Assembly: GCA_963751455.1 (NCBI GenBank)
Contig: CAVVUN010000015.1
Coordinates: forward strand, 1 to 64,000
DNA: 64,000 bases
From: Nitrospirota bacterium
GTDB taxonomy: Bacteria; Nitrospirota; UBA9217
Direction: 5' to 3'
The first letter of the stretch is position 1, and every line of letters starts with the position of its first letter. The notes beneath the pieces are model-generated. The model searched no databases. It was not told the origin of the DNA and was given only the letters and a program-made list of their open reading frames with translations. Shown piece after piece: positions 10,625-20,957 of the stretch. The translations under genes were made by a program, and so were the position numbers.

Positions 10625-10685
10625 GAATTGCATATTGTAAATCGCAGATTAACAAGTTTGAACTTTGCATTTTGCAATTTGAAAT
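10625..10685. repeat. 7-nt-periodic palindromic element between the NuoE- and NuoF-like genes
   Basis: AATTGCA-TATTGTA-AATCGCA ... TTTGAAC-TTTGCAT-TTTGCAA-TTTGAAA. Confidence 0.6.
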
Positions 10686-10718
10686 GCCGGGCGACAGGCC
10701 CGGCTTATCGGAGCACTC

Positions 10719-12497
10719 ATGAATAAGGAAATCTCCATCAAGATCTGTATGGGTACGGGCGGTATCGCCGCGGGCGGCGTCGAGGTGAAGTCCGCGTTCG
10801 AACAATTTCTCGCGGCCAAGGGCATCCGGGCGACCGTCGAGAAGAACTGTTCGGTCCACAAGGTAGGGTGTCGCGGATTTTGCGCGCGGGACGTTCTTGT
10901 CGATATCATCGTTGACGGAAACAAGTCCACGTACCAGTACATAAAACCGGATATGGTAGAGCGCATGGTGCAAGAGCACCTTCTGGAGGGCAAGCCGGTC
11001 AATGAATGGCTGGTTAAGGACGACTACCACACGTTCCATGACAAGCAGGTAAAAGTCGTTTTGTCCGACTGCGGGGAAGTGGATCCCGAGGATATCGATT
11101 CCTATATCAGCCGCGGCGGATATGAGGCAACGAAGAAAGTCCTCACCACCATGGCGCCCCAGGAGATTATCGACCTGATCAAGGCTTCCGGGCTGCGCGG
11201 ACGCGGCGGAGCGGGTTTCCCGACCGGAGTGAAGTGGGACATGGCGATCAAGGCCCCGGGGCCCGTTAAATATCTTATCTGTAACGCAGATGAAGGAGAC
11301 CCGGGCGCCTTCATGGACCGGTCAGTGGTCGAAGGAAATCCTCATGCGGTGATTGAAGGCATGATCATCGGCGCCTTTGCAATCGGCGCTCCGTACGGTT
11401 ATGTCTACATCAGGGCCGAATATCCGCTTGCCGTGGAGCGGCTCCACCTCGCCATAAAGCAGGCGAAGGAGCGCAAGTTTCTCGGCAAGAACATTCTCGG
11501 CAAAGGCTTTGATTTCAATATCAAAGTAAAGCTCGGCGCAGGCGCATTCGTTTGCGGTGAAGAGACGGCGCTGATCGCCTCGATCGAAGGCAAGCGCGGT
11601 CAGCCCCGTGCCAAGCCCCCGTTCCCGGTGCAGAAAGGCCTCTGGGGCTATCCTACAATCATCAATAACGTCGAGACGCTTGCGAACATTCCGTACATCA
11701 TCCGCAAAGGCGCTGCCTGGTATGCGGGCATGGGCACGGAGAAGAGCAAGGGGACCAAGGTCTTCGCGCTCACCGGCAAGATACAAAACTCCGGCCTGAT
11801 CGAAGTGCCGATGGGAATTCCGCTGAAAGAGGTCATCTATGATATCGGTGGGGGCATCGAAGGCGGCAGGAAGCTGAAGGCCGTACAGACCGGCGGTCCC
11901 TCGGGCGGGTGCATTCCCTCGAGCATTGTCGATACGACGCTGGACTACGAGTCGCTCGGGAAGGTCGGATCGATCATGGGCTCGGGCGGGATGGTGGTTC
12001 TCGACGAGACCGACTGCATGGTGAACGTGGCCAAGTATTTTCTGCAATTCACACAGTCCGAATCCTGCGGCAAATGTGTGCCGTGCCGTATAGGGACCAA
12101 GCGACTTCTCGAGATTTTAACACGCATCACCGAAGGAAAGGGCAGGGAAGGCGACATCGACCTCCTTCAGACGCTGAGCAGTGACGTTAAAACATCGTCA
12201 CTCTGCGGCCTGGGCCAGTCTGCACCGAATCCGGTCCTGAGCACCATCAAATACTACCGCGACGAGTATGAGGCGCATATCTACGAACATCGCTGCCCGG
12301 CCGGCGTCTGCAAAGACCTGCTGACATACTCCATTCTTGAAGAAGTCTGCAAGGGCTGTACGGCGTGTACGCGCGTATGTCCGGCAGGCGCTATCATGGG
12401 CGAGAAAAAGAAACCGCATAAGATCGTTCAGGAAATGTGCATCAAGTGCGGGGCCTGCTACGAAACCTGTAAGTTTAAGTCGATTAAAAAAGGGTAA
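10719..12497 (+). CDS. NuoF/HydB-like FMN/NAD-binding flavoprotein with a C-terminal 2x[4Fe-4S] domain
   Basis: GLRGRGGAGFPTG, CNADEGDPGAFMDR, GAGAFVCGEETAL, GGPSGG, ESCGKCVPCR and two C-terminal CxxCxxCxxxC motifs. Confidence 0.93.
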   Translation: MNKEISIKICMGTGGIAAGGVEVKSAFEQFLAAKGIRATVEKNCSVHKVGCRGFCARDVLVDIIVDGNKSTYQYIKPDMVERMVQEHLLEGKPVNEWLVKDDYHTFHDKQVKVVLSDCGEVDPEDIDSYISRGGYEATKKVLTTMAPQEIIDLIKASGLRGRGGAGFPTGVKWDMAIKAPGPVKYLICNADEGDPGAFMDRSVVEGNPHAVIEGMIIGAFAIGAPYGYVYIRAEYPLAVERLHLAIKQAKERKFLGKNILGKGFDFNIKVKLGAGAFVCGEETALIASIEGKRGQPRAKPPFPVQKGLWGYPTIINNVETLANIPYIIRKGAAWYAGMGTEKSKGTKVFALTGKIQNSGLIEVPMGIPLKEVIYDIGGGIEGGRKLKAVQTGGPSGGCIPSSIVDTTLDYESLGKVGSIMGSGGMVVLDETDCMVNVAKYFLQFTQSESCGKCVPCRIGTKRLLEILTRITEGKGREGDIDLLQTLSSDVKTSSLCGLGQSAPNPVLSTIKYYRDEYEAHIYEHRCPAGVCKDLLTYSILEEVCKGCTACTRVCPAGAIMGEKKKPHKIVQEMCIKCGACYETCKFKSIKKG

Positions 12498-12500
12498 GCT

Positions 12501-15173
12501 ATGGTAAATCTGTCTATCAATGGCAAAAAAATTACGGTTCCGGACGGAGTGACGGTACTGGATGCAGCGCGGCGAAACGATATTTATATTCCGACGCTCT
12601 GCGATGATCCGCGGCTCGAGCCCTACGGCGGCTGCAGGCTCTGCCTGATCCAGGCAAAGGGCATGCCCCGGCCGGTTACGGCGTGCACCACGCCGGTGAC
12701 GGAGGGCATGGAGGTCGAGACCTCGAACGAGCTGATCGAGCGGCAGCGCAAGACCATCGTTGAGCTCCTGCTGTCCGATCATCCCAACGAGTGCATGGTC
12801 TGCGAGCGGGCGGGCGACTGCACGCTGCAGGAACTGGCCTATTTCTACGAGCTCCGTTCCAACCGCTTCTGGGGGCAGCGCCGCCAGTACGCGACGAAGG
12901 ATCTCAATCCGTTTATCGAGCGCGACATGGAGAAGTGCATCCTCTGCGGGAAATGTGCCCGCGTGTGCGAGGAGATCCAGGGTGTCGGCGCCATCGATAT
13001 CTCAAGCCGGGGGTTTACGGCAAAGGTTTCGACGGCCTTCGAGAAAGACCTCGATTGCGAGTTCTGCGGACAATGTGTCAGTGTTTGCCCGACCGGCGCG
13101 CTTGCCGGGAAGCAATGGATCGGCAAGGGCAGGCAGAAAAACGTCAAGCAGGTGGAAACGATCTGTCCCTATTGCGGCTGCGGGTGCAATCTTACGCTGC
13201 ATGTCAGCAGAAACGAAGTAATCCGCGTCACGTCCCGGCCGGAGACGATCAACGAAGGATGGCTTTGCGTCAAGGGAAGGTTCGGCTACAGCTTTATCAA
13301 CAGCCCCGACCGGCTGAAGACGCCGCTCATTAAAAAAGACGGCGCATTCGTCGAAGCTTCCTGGGATGAAGCATTCACGTATATTGCCGAAAAGCTAAGC
13401 GCCATCAAGCAGAAGCACGGCGCCGATGCCATCGGAGGCCTCTCCTCTGCCCGGTGCACCAACGAGGAAAACTACCTGTTCCAGAAATTCATGCGCGCAG
13501 GCATCGGTACGAACAACGTCGATCACTGCGCACGCTACTGACACAGCTCAACTGTGGCCGGTCTGGCCACTGTGTTCGGCTCCGGTGCGATGACGAACTC
13601 CGTCCAGGAGATCGAGAACAACGACGTAATGTTCGTTATAGGCTCCAACACCAAGGAGAACCACCCTATCGTCGCCCTCCGTATGATCAAGGCAAAGCGC
13701 AAGGGGGCGAAGCTTATCATCGCCGACCCGCGCCGTGTACCCCTGGTCCGCTTCGCCGACATCTGGATGCAGCATAAACCCGGGACTGATATTGCACTCC
13801 TGAACGGAATGATGCATGTTATACTTAAGGAAGGACTGGTCAAAAAGGATTTTATTTCGACATTGACCGAAGGGTTTGATGACGAGTTCACCAGAAACCT
13901 CGAAGAATACACACCGGAAGCAGCGTCGAAAATCACCGGGGTGCCGGCCGAGACCATCAAGAAGGCTGCCCGTATGTACGGAAGTTCCGAGCGAGCCGGC
14001 CTCTACTACACGATGGGCATAACGCAGCATTCCCACGGCACGGACAACGTGTTTTCCATTGCCAACCTCGCGCTCCTGACCGGCAACCTCGGCAAGGAAA
14101 GCGCCGGCGTCAATCCGCTTCGCGGTCAAAATAACGTTCAGGGATCCACGGATATGGGATGCATTCCAAATAATTATCCGGGATACCAGAGCGTTACCAT
14201 TCCGGCAATTCGAGAGAAATTTGAGGCGCTCTGGAAGACGAAACTATCCGATAAACAAGGGCTGACAGCTCCGGAAATGCTCGCGGATGCCGAGAAGGGC
14301 AGTTTCAAGGCTTTGTACATAATGGGTGAAAATCCGGTTGTCTCCGACCCCAACATGACGCATACTATCAAGGCGCTCAAGGCGCTGGACTTCCTGGTCG
14401 TCCAGGACATCTTTATGACAGAAACCGCCGAACTGGCGCACGTTGTACTGCCCGGGACATCTTTTGCAGAGAAAGTCGGCACGTTTACGAATACCGAGCG
14501 GCGTGTGCAGCGCGTGAGAAGAGCGGTCAAATCACCGGGCAGCGCGATGAAAGATTCGCTCATCATTATGGAACTTTCAAAGCGGCTTGGATACACCATG
14601 ACGTATCCGCGCACCGTGGAAATATTCCGCGAAATCGGCCAGGCATGGCCCGCGCTCGCCGGTATGAGCTATTCGAGGCTTGAGAATGCGGGTTTGCAGT
14701 GGCCTTGCCCGACCGCCGACCATCCAGGAACGCCATACCTTTTCAAAGGCGGGTTCCCGCGAGGCAAGGGAAGATTCACGCTTGTGAAGTACAGACCCTC
14801 TGCGGAAGAGACGGACAAGGACTACCCGTTTATTCTCACCACCGGACGGCAGCTGTTCCAGTACCACACCGGCAGTATGACCAGGCGGGTGAAGCCGATC
14901 GATACCGTGGCGCCGGAATCATACATTGAGATCAACCCGGAAGACGCACAGGTCCTTGCCATCGAACCAGGCTCCAAAGTAAAGGTGACATCGCGCAGGG
15001 GCACTATAACCGTTAAGGCAGTGGTCACCAAGCGGCCGGCAAAGGGTGTAGTATTCATCCCCTTCCATTATAAGGAAGCAGCGGCAAACATGCTTACAAG
15101 CAGCAGTACGCTCGATCCGGTAGCAAAAATCCCGTCATTCAAGGTTTCAGCAGTGCGCATCGAGAAGGCTTAA
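12501..15173 (+). CDS. fdhA: Selenocysteine-containing Mo/W formate dehydrogenase alpha subunit with N-terminal Fe-S domains (890 aa by read-through)
   Basis: ORFs 12501..13541 and 13554..15173 are in the same frame and separated only by TGA 13539-13541 in DHCARY-U-HSST, the catalytic Cys/Sec position. Also LRGQNNVQG and TNTERRVQ. Confidence 0.93.
13542..13574 (+). promoter_or_regulatory. Bacterial SECIS element
   Basis: Hairpin GTGGCC-GGTCT-GGCCAC (13554-13570) starts 12 nt after the UGA. The apical GGTCTG matches the E. coli fdhF SECIS; there is a lower CACA/TGTG stem. Confidence 0.85.
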
Positions 15174-15276
15174 GGGCATAGTCGGCTGGGAACGGAAAAT
15201 AATCTATCGCGTTTGAGAATTTATTTCCGCAATCCGGCGAAACAGCAGCGAATACTTCAACGAGGAGGAACAGACA

Positions 15277-15735
15277 ATGGCCGAAAAGTCGGAGCTCAGG
15301 AAACAGATACTCTTCAGCAGTTTGACCGATACTGAACTTGGTATAATCGCCGACAAGGTAGTAACCGAAAATTACCCAAAGGGAAAGACGATCTTTAGGG
15401 ACGGCGATTTTCCCAAGGGCATCTACCTCGTAAAGAACGGCAAAGTCGAGATTTCGAAGAACACGCCGGACGGGTGGAAGCAGACACTCGCAATACTGAC
15501 GCAGAATCATATATTCGGGGAGCTTTCCGTAATCGAGGACAAGCCGACTCACGGCGCCGATGCCACGGCTATCGAGCCCACCCAGGTGTACTATATTCCC
15601 ACTGAAGATTTCAGGACCCTCGAGAAGAGCAACACACTTATGATGTACAAAATCATGAAGACGATGGCAAACATAGCGAGCAGGAACGTGCACACCATGA
15701 ACGAGAAGCTGATGAAGCTGCTGATCAGTTATTAA
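15277..15735 (+). CDS. Stand-alone cyclic-nucleotide-binding (Crp/Fnr-type) domain protein without an HTH
   Basis: IFRDGD, IYLVKNGKVEI, IFGELS and ADATA; only 152 aa. Confidence 0.8.
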   Translation: MAEKSELRKQILFSSLTDTELGIIADKVVTENYPKGKTIFRDGDFPKGIYLVKNGKVEISKNTPDGWKQTLAILTQNHIFGELSVIEDKPTHGADATAIEPTQVYYIPTEDFRTLEKSNTLMMYKIMKTMANIASRNVHTMNEKLMKLLISY

Positions 15736-15757
15736 TACAATACTAAATATTTTTTTT

Positions 15758-15928
15758 CGCCGAAAAATCGGATAATCCAGATAAGGATTTATAGCAGTAC
15801 AATTTGTGATTTTTTCGATTTTGATTTATCCGAATTTTCTGCGTTTATCTGCGTCCAATTGCCGTTTCCTGAGATATTTTTTCCATAGAGGTCATATTTT
15901 TTCCGTGCACTCTGTGGGCTCTGTGGCA
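15758..15928. repeat. Composite 9-nt-periodic palindromic element; shares an end with the 62.5-62.7 kb element
   Basis: AAAATCGGATAATCCAGATAAGG ... TTTTCTGCGTTTATCTGCGTCCAATTGCCGTTTCCTG ... CTCTGTGGGCTCTGTGGC. Confidence 0.6.
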
Positions 15929-15961
15929 AAAAATTAAATCTTAATGAGGGGGAGGTTTTAC

Positions 15962-17725
15962 ATGGTACTCGATCCAACAAAGCATGCTGACTGGGAAATT
16001 GCTGAAGATTCAGAGACGCGGATGAAGCCCATCACCGAGATCGCGAAGAAGATGGGGCTGAAAGACGATGAGCTGCTGCTGCACGGCCACTACATCGCGA
16101 AGGTAGATTTCAAGAAAGTGCTTAAACGGTTTGAAGGAAAGCCGGACGGCAAGTACATCGACGTCACGGCCATTACCCCCACCCCGCTCGGAGAAGGCAA
16201 GTCTACATCAACGATCGGCCTGACCCAGGGTCTGGGCAAGCGCGGCAAGAACGTGATCGCAGCAATCAGGCAGCCATCAGGCGGCCCGACAATGAACATC
16301 AAGGGTTCCGCAGCAGGCGGCGGCCTTTCCCAGGTCATTCCGCTTACGCCATTCTCGCTCGGCCTAACCGGCGACATCAACGCCATCATGAACACGCATA
16401 ACCTGGCTATGGTCGCGCTCACCTCCCGTATGCAGCACGAGTTCAACTACACCGACGAGCAGCTCTCCAAAAGAAAATTAAAACGGCTCAACATCGATCC
16501 GCATAACGTCGAGATGAAGTGGATCATCGACTTCTGCGCGCAGTCTTTGCGCGAGATCGTGATCGGCATGGGCGGCAAGTCGAACGGCTTCATGATGAAG
16601 TCCGGCTTTGCTATTGCTGTGTCCTCGGAAGTAATGGCCATACTCGCAGTCGCGAAGGACCTCAGGGATATGCGTGAGCGTATGGGCAGGATCGTGGTTG
16701 CCTACAGCAAGGACGGCACGCCGGTAACCACCGCCGACCTCGGCGTGGACGGCGCCATGACGGCCTGGATGGTCGAGGCGATCAATCCGAACCTGCTCCA
16801 GACCATTGAAGGCCAGCCCGTGTTTGTGCATGCAGGTCCGTTTGCGAACATCGCAATCGGACAGTCCTCGATCATCGCTGACCGCGTGGGCCTCAAGCTC
16901 GGCGACTATGTCGTGACCGAGTCCGGCTTTGCCGCTGACATCGGGTTCGAAAAATTCTGGAACCTCAAGTGCCGCATGTCAGGACTCAAGCCGCATGCAG
17001 CCGTTGTCGTGGCGACGATCCGCGCGCTCAAGTGCCATGGCGGCGCTCCGATCCCGGTGCCGGGTAAGCCGATGCCCGCAGAGTACAAAGGTGAAAACGT
17101 GGCCTGGGTGGAAAAGGGCTGCGAGAATCTTGTTCACCACATCAAGACAGTCAAGAAGGCCGGCATAAACCCGGTGGTCTGCATCAACGCCTTCTATACG
17201 GACACGGACAACGAGATCAAGGCAGTACGCAGAATTGCGGAGGCAGCCGGCGCACGTGTCGCGCTTTCCCGTCATTGGGAAAAGGGCGGCGATGGGGCGC
17301 TCGAGTTCGCCGACGCCGTGATCGATGCCTGTAACGAGAAGAATGATTTCAAATTCCTTTACGAGCTGAGCACGCCGCTTCGCCAGCGCATCGACTTGAT
17401 CGCAAAAGAGGTCTACGGTGCGGATGGCGTGGATTATACGCCGGAAGCGGAAGCCAAGGCCAAGAAGATGGAAGCAGATCCCGATCTCGCCAAAATGGGT
17501 GTCTGCATGGTGAAAACCCATCTTTCGCTCACGGACAACCCCAACCTCAAGGGTGTTCCCAAAGGCTGGAGGCTTCGGATTCGCGACATTCTGACTTACA
17601 AGGGCGCAGGTTTTGTTGTACCCGTGGCCGGTACGATCACGCTCATGCCGGGAACGTCGTCTGATCCGGCATACCGCCGTGTGGATGTGGATGTTGAGAC
17701 CGGGAAGGTGAAGGGCGTGTTTTAA
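15962..17725 (+). CDS. fhs: Formate--tetrahydrofolate ligase
   Basis: [37 protein letters not shown] and TLMPG. ATG follows GGAGG. Confidence 0.97.
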   Translation: MVLDPTKHADWEIAEDSETRMKPITEIAKKMGLKDDELLLHGHYIAKVDFKKVLKRFEGKPDGKYIDVTAITPTPLGEGKSTSTIGLTQGLGKRGKNVIAAIRQPSGGPTMNIKGSAAGGGLSQVIPLTPFSLGLTGDINAIMNTHNLAMVALTSRMQHEFNYTDEQLSKRKLKRLNIDPHNVEMKWIIDFCAQSLREIVIGMGGKSNGFMMKSGFAIAVSSEVMAILAVAKDLRDMRERMGRIVVAYSKDGTPVTTADLGVDGAMTAWMVEAINPNLLQTIEGQPVFVHAGPFANIAIGQSSIIADRVGLKLGDYVVTESGFAADIGFEKFWNLKCRMSGLKPHAAVVVATIRALKCHGGAPIPVPGKPMPAEYKGENVAWVEKGCENLVHHIKTVKKAGINPVVCINAFYTDTDNEIKAVRRIAEAAGARVALSRHWEKGGDGALEFADAVIDACNEKNDFKFLYELSTPLRQRIDLIAKEVYGADGVDYTPEAEAKAKKMEADPDLAKMGVCMVKTHLSLTDNPNLKGVPKGWRLRIRDILTYKGAGFVVPVAGTITLMPGTSSDPAYRRVDVDVETGKVKGVF

Positions 17726-17747
17726 CGACAGTATAAATTCAGAGATG

Positions 17748-17786
17748 AAAAAAGCCCATGGCAGTTGTATCGCCATGGGCTTTTTT
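17748..17786 (+). terminator. Intrinsic terminator after fhs
   Basis: AAAAAAGCCCATGGC ... GCCATGGGCTTTTTT. Confidence 0.85.
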
Positions 17787-17907
17787 GCGTTATGTGAACA
17801 TTACCTTGACCGCGTCATGATTATCACGTATCATCGTTAACATCCTGTAACAGCGTTCTCTGAATGGTTCCCATACATCATTACGTTAAAAACGAGAGGA
17901 GAAATGC

Positions 17908-19560
17908 ATGATTATCAATAAGTTGATTCTGGCTGTAGTTGCGGTATTTTCAGCAGCGGTTTTGTTGTCTGCCTGCGGAGGCGGAAGCAGCAATGGCTCT
18001 GGTGGCGCGGCCCAACCGGTCGTCAGTGCAGTTACACCGACACCGGACACAAAAGAGGTTTCCTATAATGCAGTAATTTCGGCTACATTCAGTTCGGCAA
18101 TGACAAGCTCGTCTATCACCGGCAGTTCATTCGTGCTCAGCACCGCTACCGCGACCTCAGTGTCGGGTACGGTTACCTATGACGCCCTGACGAAAAAGGC
18201 CGTCTTTGCTCCGTCCGCTGCTGAAAAGCTTGCAACTGCCACTACCTATACCGCCACGATAACGACCGGGGCGAAAGATAGCGCCGGTACGGCACTGGCA
18301 AGCAACTACTCTTGGTCTTTCAAGACAACGCACCTGGATGAATATCTTTTTGGAACCAAGGGCAAGGTGGCCACCAATGTCGGCGCCACTACGACGACTG
18401 ACGACATTGCATATGCTGTTGCCATTCAGGCGGATGGGAAAATCGTGGTCGCCGGTGACGCGACCGATTCTGTCGCAGGCGATACGCCGCGCTTTGCGCT
18501 TGCCAGATACACAACTGCGGGAGTTCTCGATACAACGTTTAACAGCACCGGAATCCAGCGGCAAGCCCACATTGGGTCGAGCACCTGGGACCAGATCAGA
18601 GCAATGGCAATTGACGCAACCGGTAAGATCGTGGTGGCGGGGTGGAGTGACGGGGACACCTTGGTTGCCCGGTATAACGCAAATGGCACTCCGGACAGCA
18701 CCTTTGGCACAGCCGGTACAGGCGTAGTGGTCGATGACCTTTCCGGCACAACCCATGATGACAGCGCATTTTCAACGGCCATTCAAACGGACGGAACCAT
18801 CATTGTAGCCGGATCCAGCGCATGTGGAGGGAGCTTCCATACTTGCCTGGCGCTGGCCCGTTATAACAGCACGACTGGAAGCAGAATCAGCGTTACTACG
18901 ACGGATATTGAAGCGACTGCCACCGGTATCCGTTCAATCGCGATTGACAGCACAGGCAGGATAGTTGCTGCCGCAGCAACCGGTGCCGACCAGGTCGGAA
19001 ACGTAGGCAAGCATATTGTTGTGGTCAGATACTCGAGCACTGGTGTTCTGGATACGTCTTTTAATGCAGCAAGTACACCGGGATATATTGTTACGAACTT
19101 GTCCACGTATGGTGATTCAGCACAAGCGATTGCGATTCAGCCGTTGGATAATAAGATCCTTGTCGCCGGCTGGGCTGGGCAGGATGCCGTTGTGCTTCGG
19201 TACAATGTAGATGGTTCGATCGACACGACCTTCGGCACTCAGGGCAGAGCAGTTACGGATATAGGCAGTGGCAACAATTACGCGCTGGCTCTTGCGCTCC
19301 AGTCCGATGGAAAGATCGTGGCTGCTGGCACCGCTCCCAATCCGCTGGACAGCGGCGACGATGTTTTTGCCTTGATGCGCTATACGGCAACCGGCACTCT
19401 TGATACGACCTTTGAGAATAACGGCGTTGCGCTGCTCAACTTTACAGCGCCGAACAACGTTGACGCGGCGCATGCGATCGCTGTTGATCCAACCAGCGGC
19501 AAGATCGTCATAGCGGGCGAGGCTGGCGGAGATTTCGGCGTCGCACGCTATGTAAAATAA
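17908..19560 (+). CDS. Surface lipoprotein with an Ig-like (SbsA/Big_5) domain and delta-60 (DUF5122) repeat beta-propeller
   Basis: Lipobox LLSAC; ISATFSSAM...YTATITTGAKD..G..LASNYSWSFKT; repeated AIQxDGKIVVAG / ARYxxxGxLDTTF units. Confidence 0.85.
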   Translation: MIINKLILAVVAVFSAAVLLSACGGGSSNGSGGAAQPVVSAVTPTPDTKEVSYNAVISATFSSAMTSSSITGSSFVLSTATATSVSGTVTYDALTKKAVFAPSAAEKLATATTYTATITTGAKDSAGTALASNYSWSFKTTHLDEYLFGTKGKVATNVGATTTTDDIAYAVAIQADGKIVVAGDATDSVAGDTPRFALARYTTAGVLDTTFNSTGIQRQAHIGSSTWDQIRAMAIDATGKIVVAGWSDGDTLVARYNANGTPDSTFGTAGTGVVVDDLSGTTHDDSAFSTAIQTDGTIIVAGSSACGGSFHTCLALARYNSTTGSRISVTTTDIEATATGIRSIAIDSTGRIVAAAATGADQVGNVGKHIVVVRYSSTGVLDTSFNAASTPGYIVTNLSTYGDSAQAIAIQPLDNKILVAGWAGQDAVVLRYNVDGSIDTTFGTQGRAVTDIGSGNNYALALALQSDGKIVAAGTAPNPLDSGDDVFALMRYTATGTLDTTFENNGVALLNFTAPNNVDAAHAIAVDPTSGKIVIAGEAGGDFGVARYVK

Positions 19561-19580
19561 TAACTAACGAGAATTCTTTC

Positions 19581-19617
19581 AGCAGCCCCGCGCATGTTCC
19601 GCGGGGCTGTTTTTTTT
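19581..19617 (+). terminator. Intrinsic terminator
   Basis: GCAGCCCCGCG ... CGCGGGGCTGT followed by a T run. Confidence 0.85.
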
Positions 19618-19624
19618 CGCCCTT

Positions 19625-19766
19625 CTGTGAAAAGGCTGTGATTACAGAGCGGATGATGAAGGGCGGTACCAGCGCGTAACGCTCGATGGGAGAAGTGTCG
19701 AGGTGAGAAACAACTAACGGCGAGAGTTTTTGGATTGCGCAAAAATCAGTGGGAATAGTTCACCTA
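19625..19766. repeat. ~140-bp direct repeat, copy 1
   Basis: Shares GTGATTACAGAGCGGATGATGAAGGGCGGT, TCGAGGTGA, TAACGGCGAGAG and AGTGGGAATAGTTCACCTA with 21143..21285. Confidence 0.9.
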
Positions 19767-20951
19767 CGAGTGTGAAATTTCTATGAGTTCTTTCAGACGC
19801 ACTCCGTTCACGGCTCGTATCTGCTTGCCGATAGAAAACTCTTCTTTGACTCGCGAAATCACGAGTCCCTTGATTACTGCATCATCCCCATAATAGCTCC
19901 GCAACGCATGAAATCCCTTCTGCGCGTCGGCCCCCGGAGCACCCGTCAATTTCGCTTCAAGCGCGATGAACCTTCCGCCCTTCTCTACGAGGAAGTCGAC
20001 CTCCTGACCGTCGTTCGTGCGCCAATAATAAAGAGGCGGATTCGTCAGTCCTTGCGCAAGAAGGGTCCGGTAGATCTGATTGAATGCATAGGTTTCCCAG
20101 AGCGCCCCCGCCAAATGGGACTTTTCGAGCTCCTGCCACGAGAACAGTCCCGTAAGGTGCGCGGCAAGCCCGGTATCGAGGAAGTATATCTTGGGTGACT
20201 TGACGAGACGTTTGCCGATGCTCCGATGATAAGGTTCGAGCAGGAAGACGATATGAGACGCCTCCAGCACGGAAACCCAAGCCTTGATCGTATTCGGAGC
20301 GACGCCGACATCGCGGGCGAGGTCCGAGAGCGAAAGCGTTTGAGCGGTTCTGGCCGCTATTGCCCGTAAGAAGCGGTTAAAATCGCGAAGATTGCCTACG
20401 CGCAGTATATTTCTCACATCCCGCTCCAGATAGGTTGCCACGTAGGACGGGTACCAGGTCATGGGATTGATGGAATCACCTGCGTAAAGCGCCGGGAATC
20501 CGCCCTTGGCGATATACTCCTCGACTGAAGGCATGCGCCGCGAATCCGCCAATTCCTGAGCAGACAGCGATTGAAGGCTGACAATGCCGCACCGGCCTGC
20601 AAGGCTTTCGGTGAGATTGTGCATCAAATTAAAGCTCTGGGAGCCGGTTATGAAATACTGTCCCTTCTTCTTTGTTTTATCCACGATCAGCTTGATGTGG
20701 CGAAACAGGCCCGGGGCATACTGTGCCTCGTCGATAATCGCGGGAGAGGGCAGTGAGTTAAGGAAGTCGGACGGAGAATTCTCGGCATCCGAAGCTTTGG
20801 CCGGATCGTCCAGGGTCACATAGGAATAGTCCCGGAAGAGATGGTTCAGGATGCTGGTCTTGCCGACCTGACGCGCGCCGGTAACGAATACGACAGGAAA
20901 CAGGCGTGAAAAATCCCGAATCACGGTTTCCGCATTTCTTGTTATCCACAT
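19764..20951 (-). CDS. AAA_14 + DUF4143 ATPase with a C-terminal PD-(D/E)xK-like motif
   Basis: GARQVGKT, IIDEAQ, ITGS, ESLAGR, GGFP, TYLERD, KSPKIYFLDTG, YYWRT and EVDFLV..IALEAK. Confidence 0.9.
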   Translation of the reverse strand: MWITRNAETVIRDFSRLFPVVFVTGARQVGKTSILNHLFRDYSYVTLDDPAKASDAENSPSDFLNSLPSPAIIDEAQYAPGLFRHIKLIVDKTKKKGQYFITGSQSFNLMHNLTESLAGRCGIVSLQSLSAQELADSRRMPSVEEYIAKGGFPALYAGDSINPMTWYPSYVATYLERDVRNILRVGNLRDFNRFLRAIAARTAQTLSLSDLARDVGVAPNTIKAWVSVLEASHIVFLLEPYHRSIGKRLVKSPKIYFLDTGLAAHLTGLFSWQELEKSHLAGALWETYAFNQIYRTLLAQGLTNPPLYYWRTNDGQEVDFLVEKGGRFIALEAKLTGAPGADAQKGFHALRSYYGDDAVIKGLVISRVKEEFSIGKQIRAVNGVRLKELIEISHS

Positions 20952-20957
20952 GCGGAT

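Noticed and set aside
13539-13541. Premature stop suggesting an fdh pseudogene or two separate genes
   Set aside because: It is an in-frame TGA at the catalytic Sec position, followed by a SECIS hairpin.
18400-19550. Internal repeats in the lipoprotein gene as a DNA-level array
   Set aside because: These are protein-level beta-propeller repeats with diverged DNA.
19548-19742. 64-aa ORF over the 140-bp repeat
   Set aside because: The second copy has indels that break this frame, and there is no RBS or recognisable motif.
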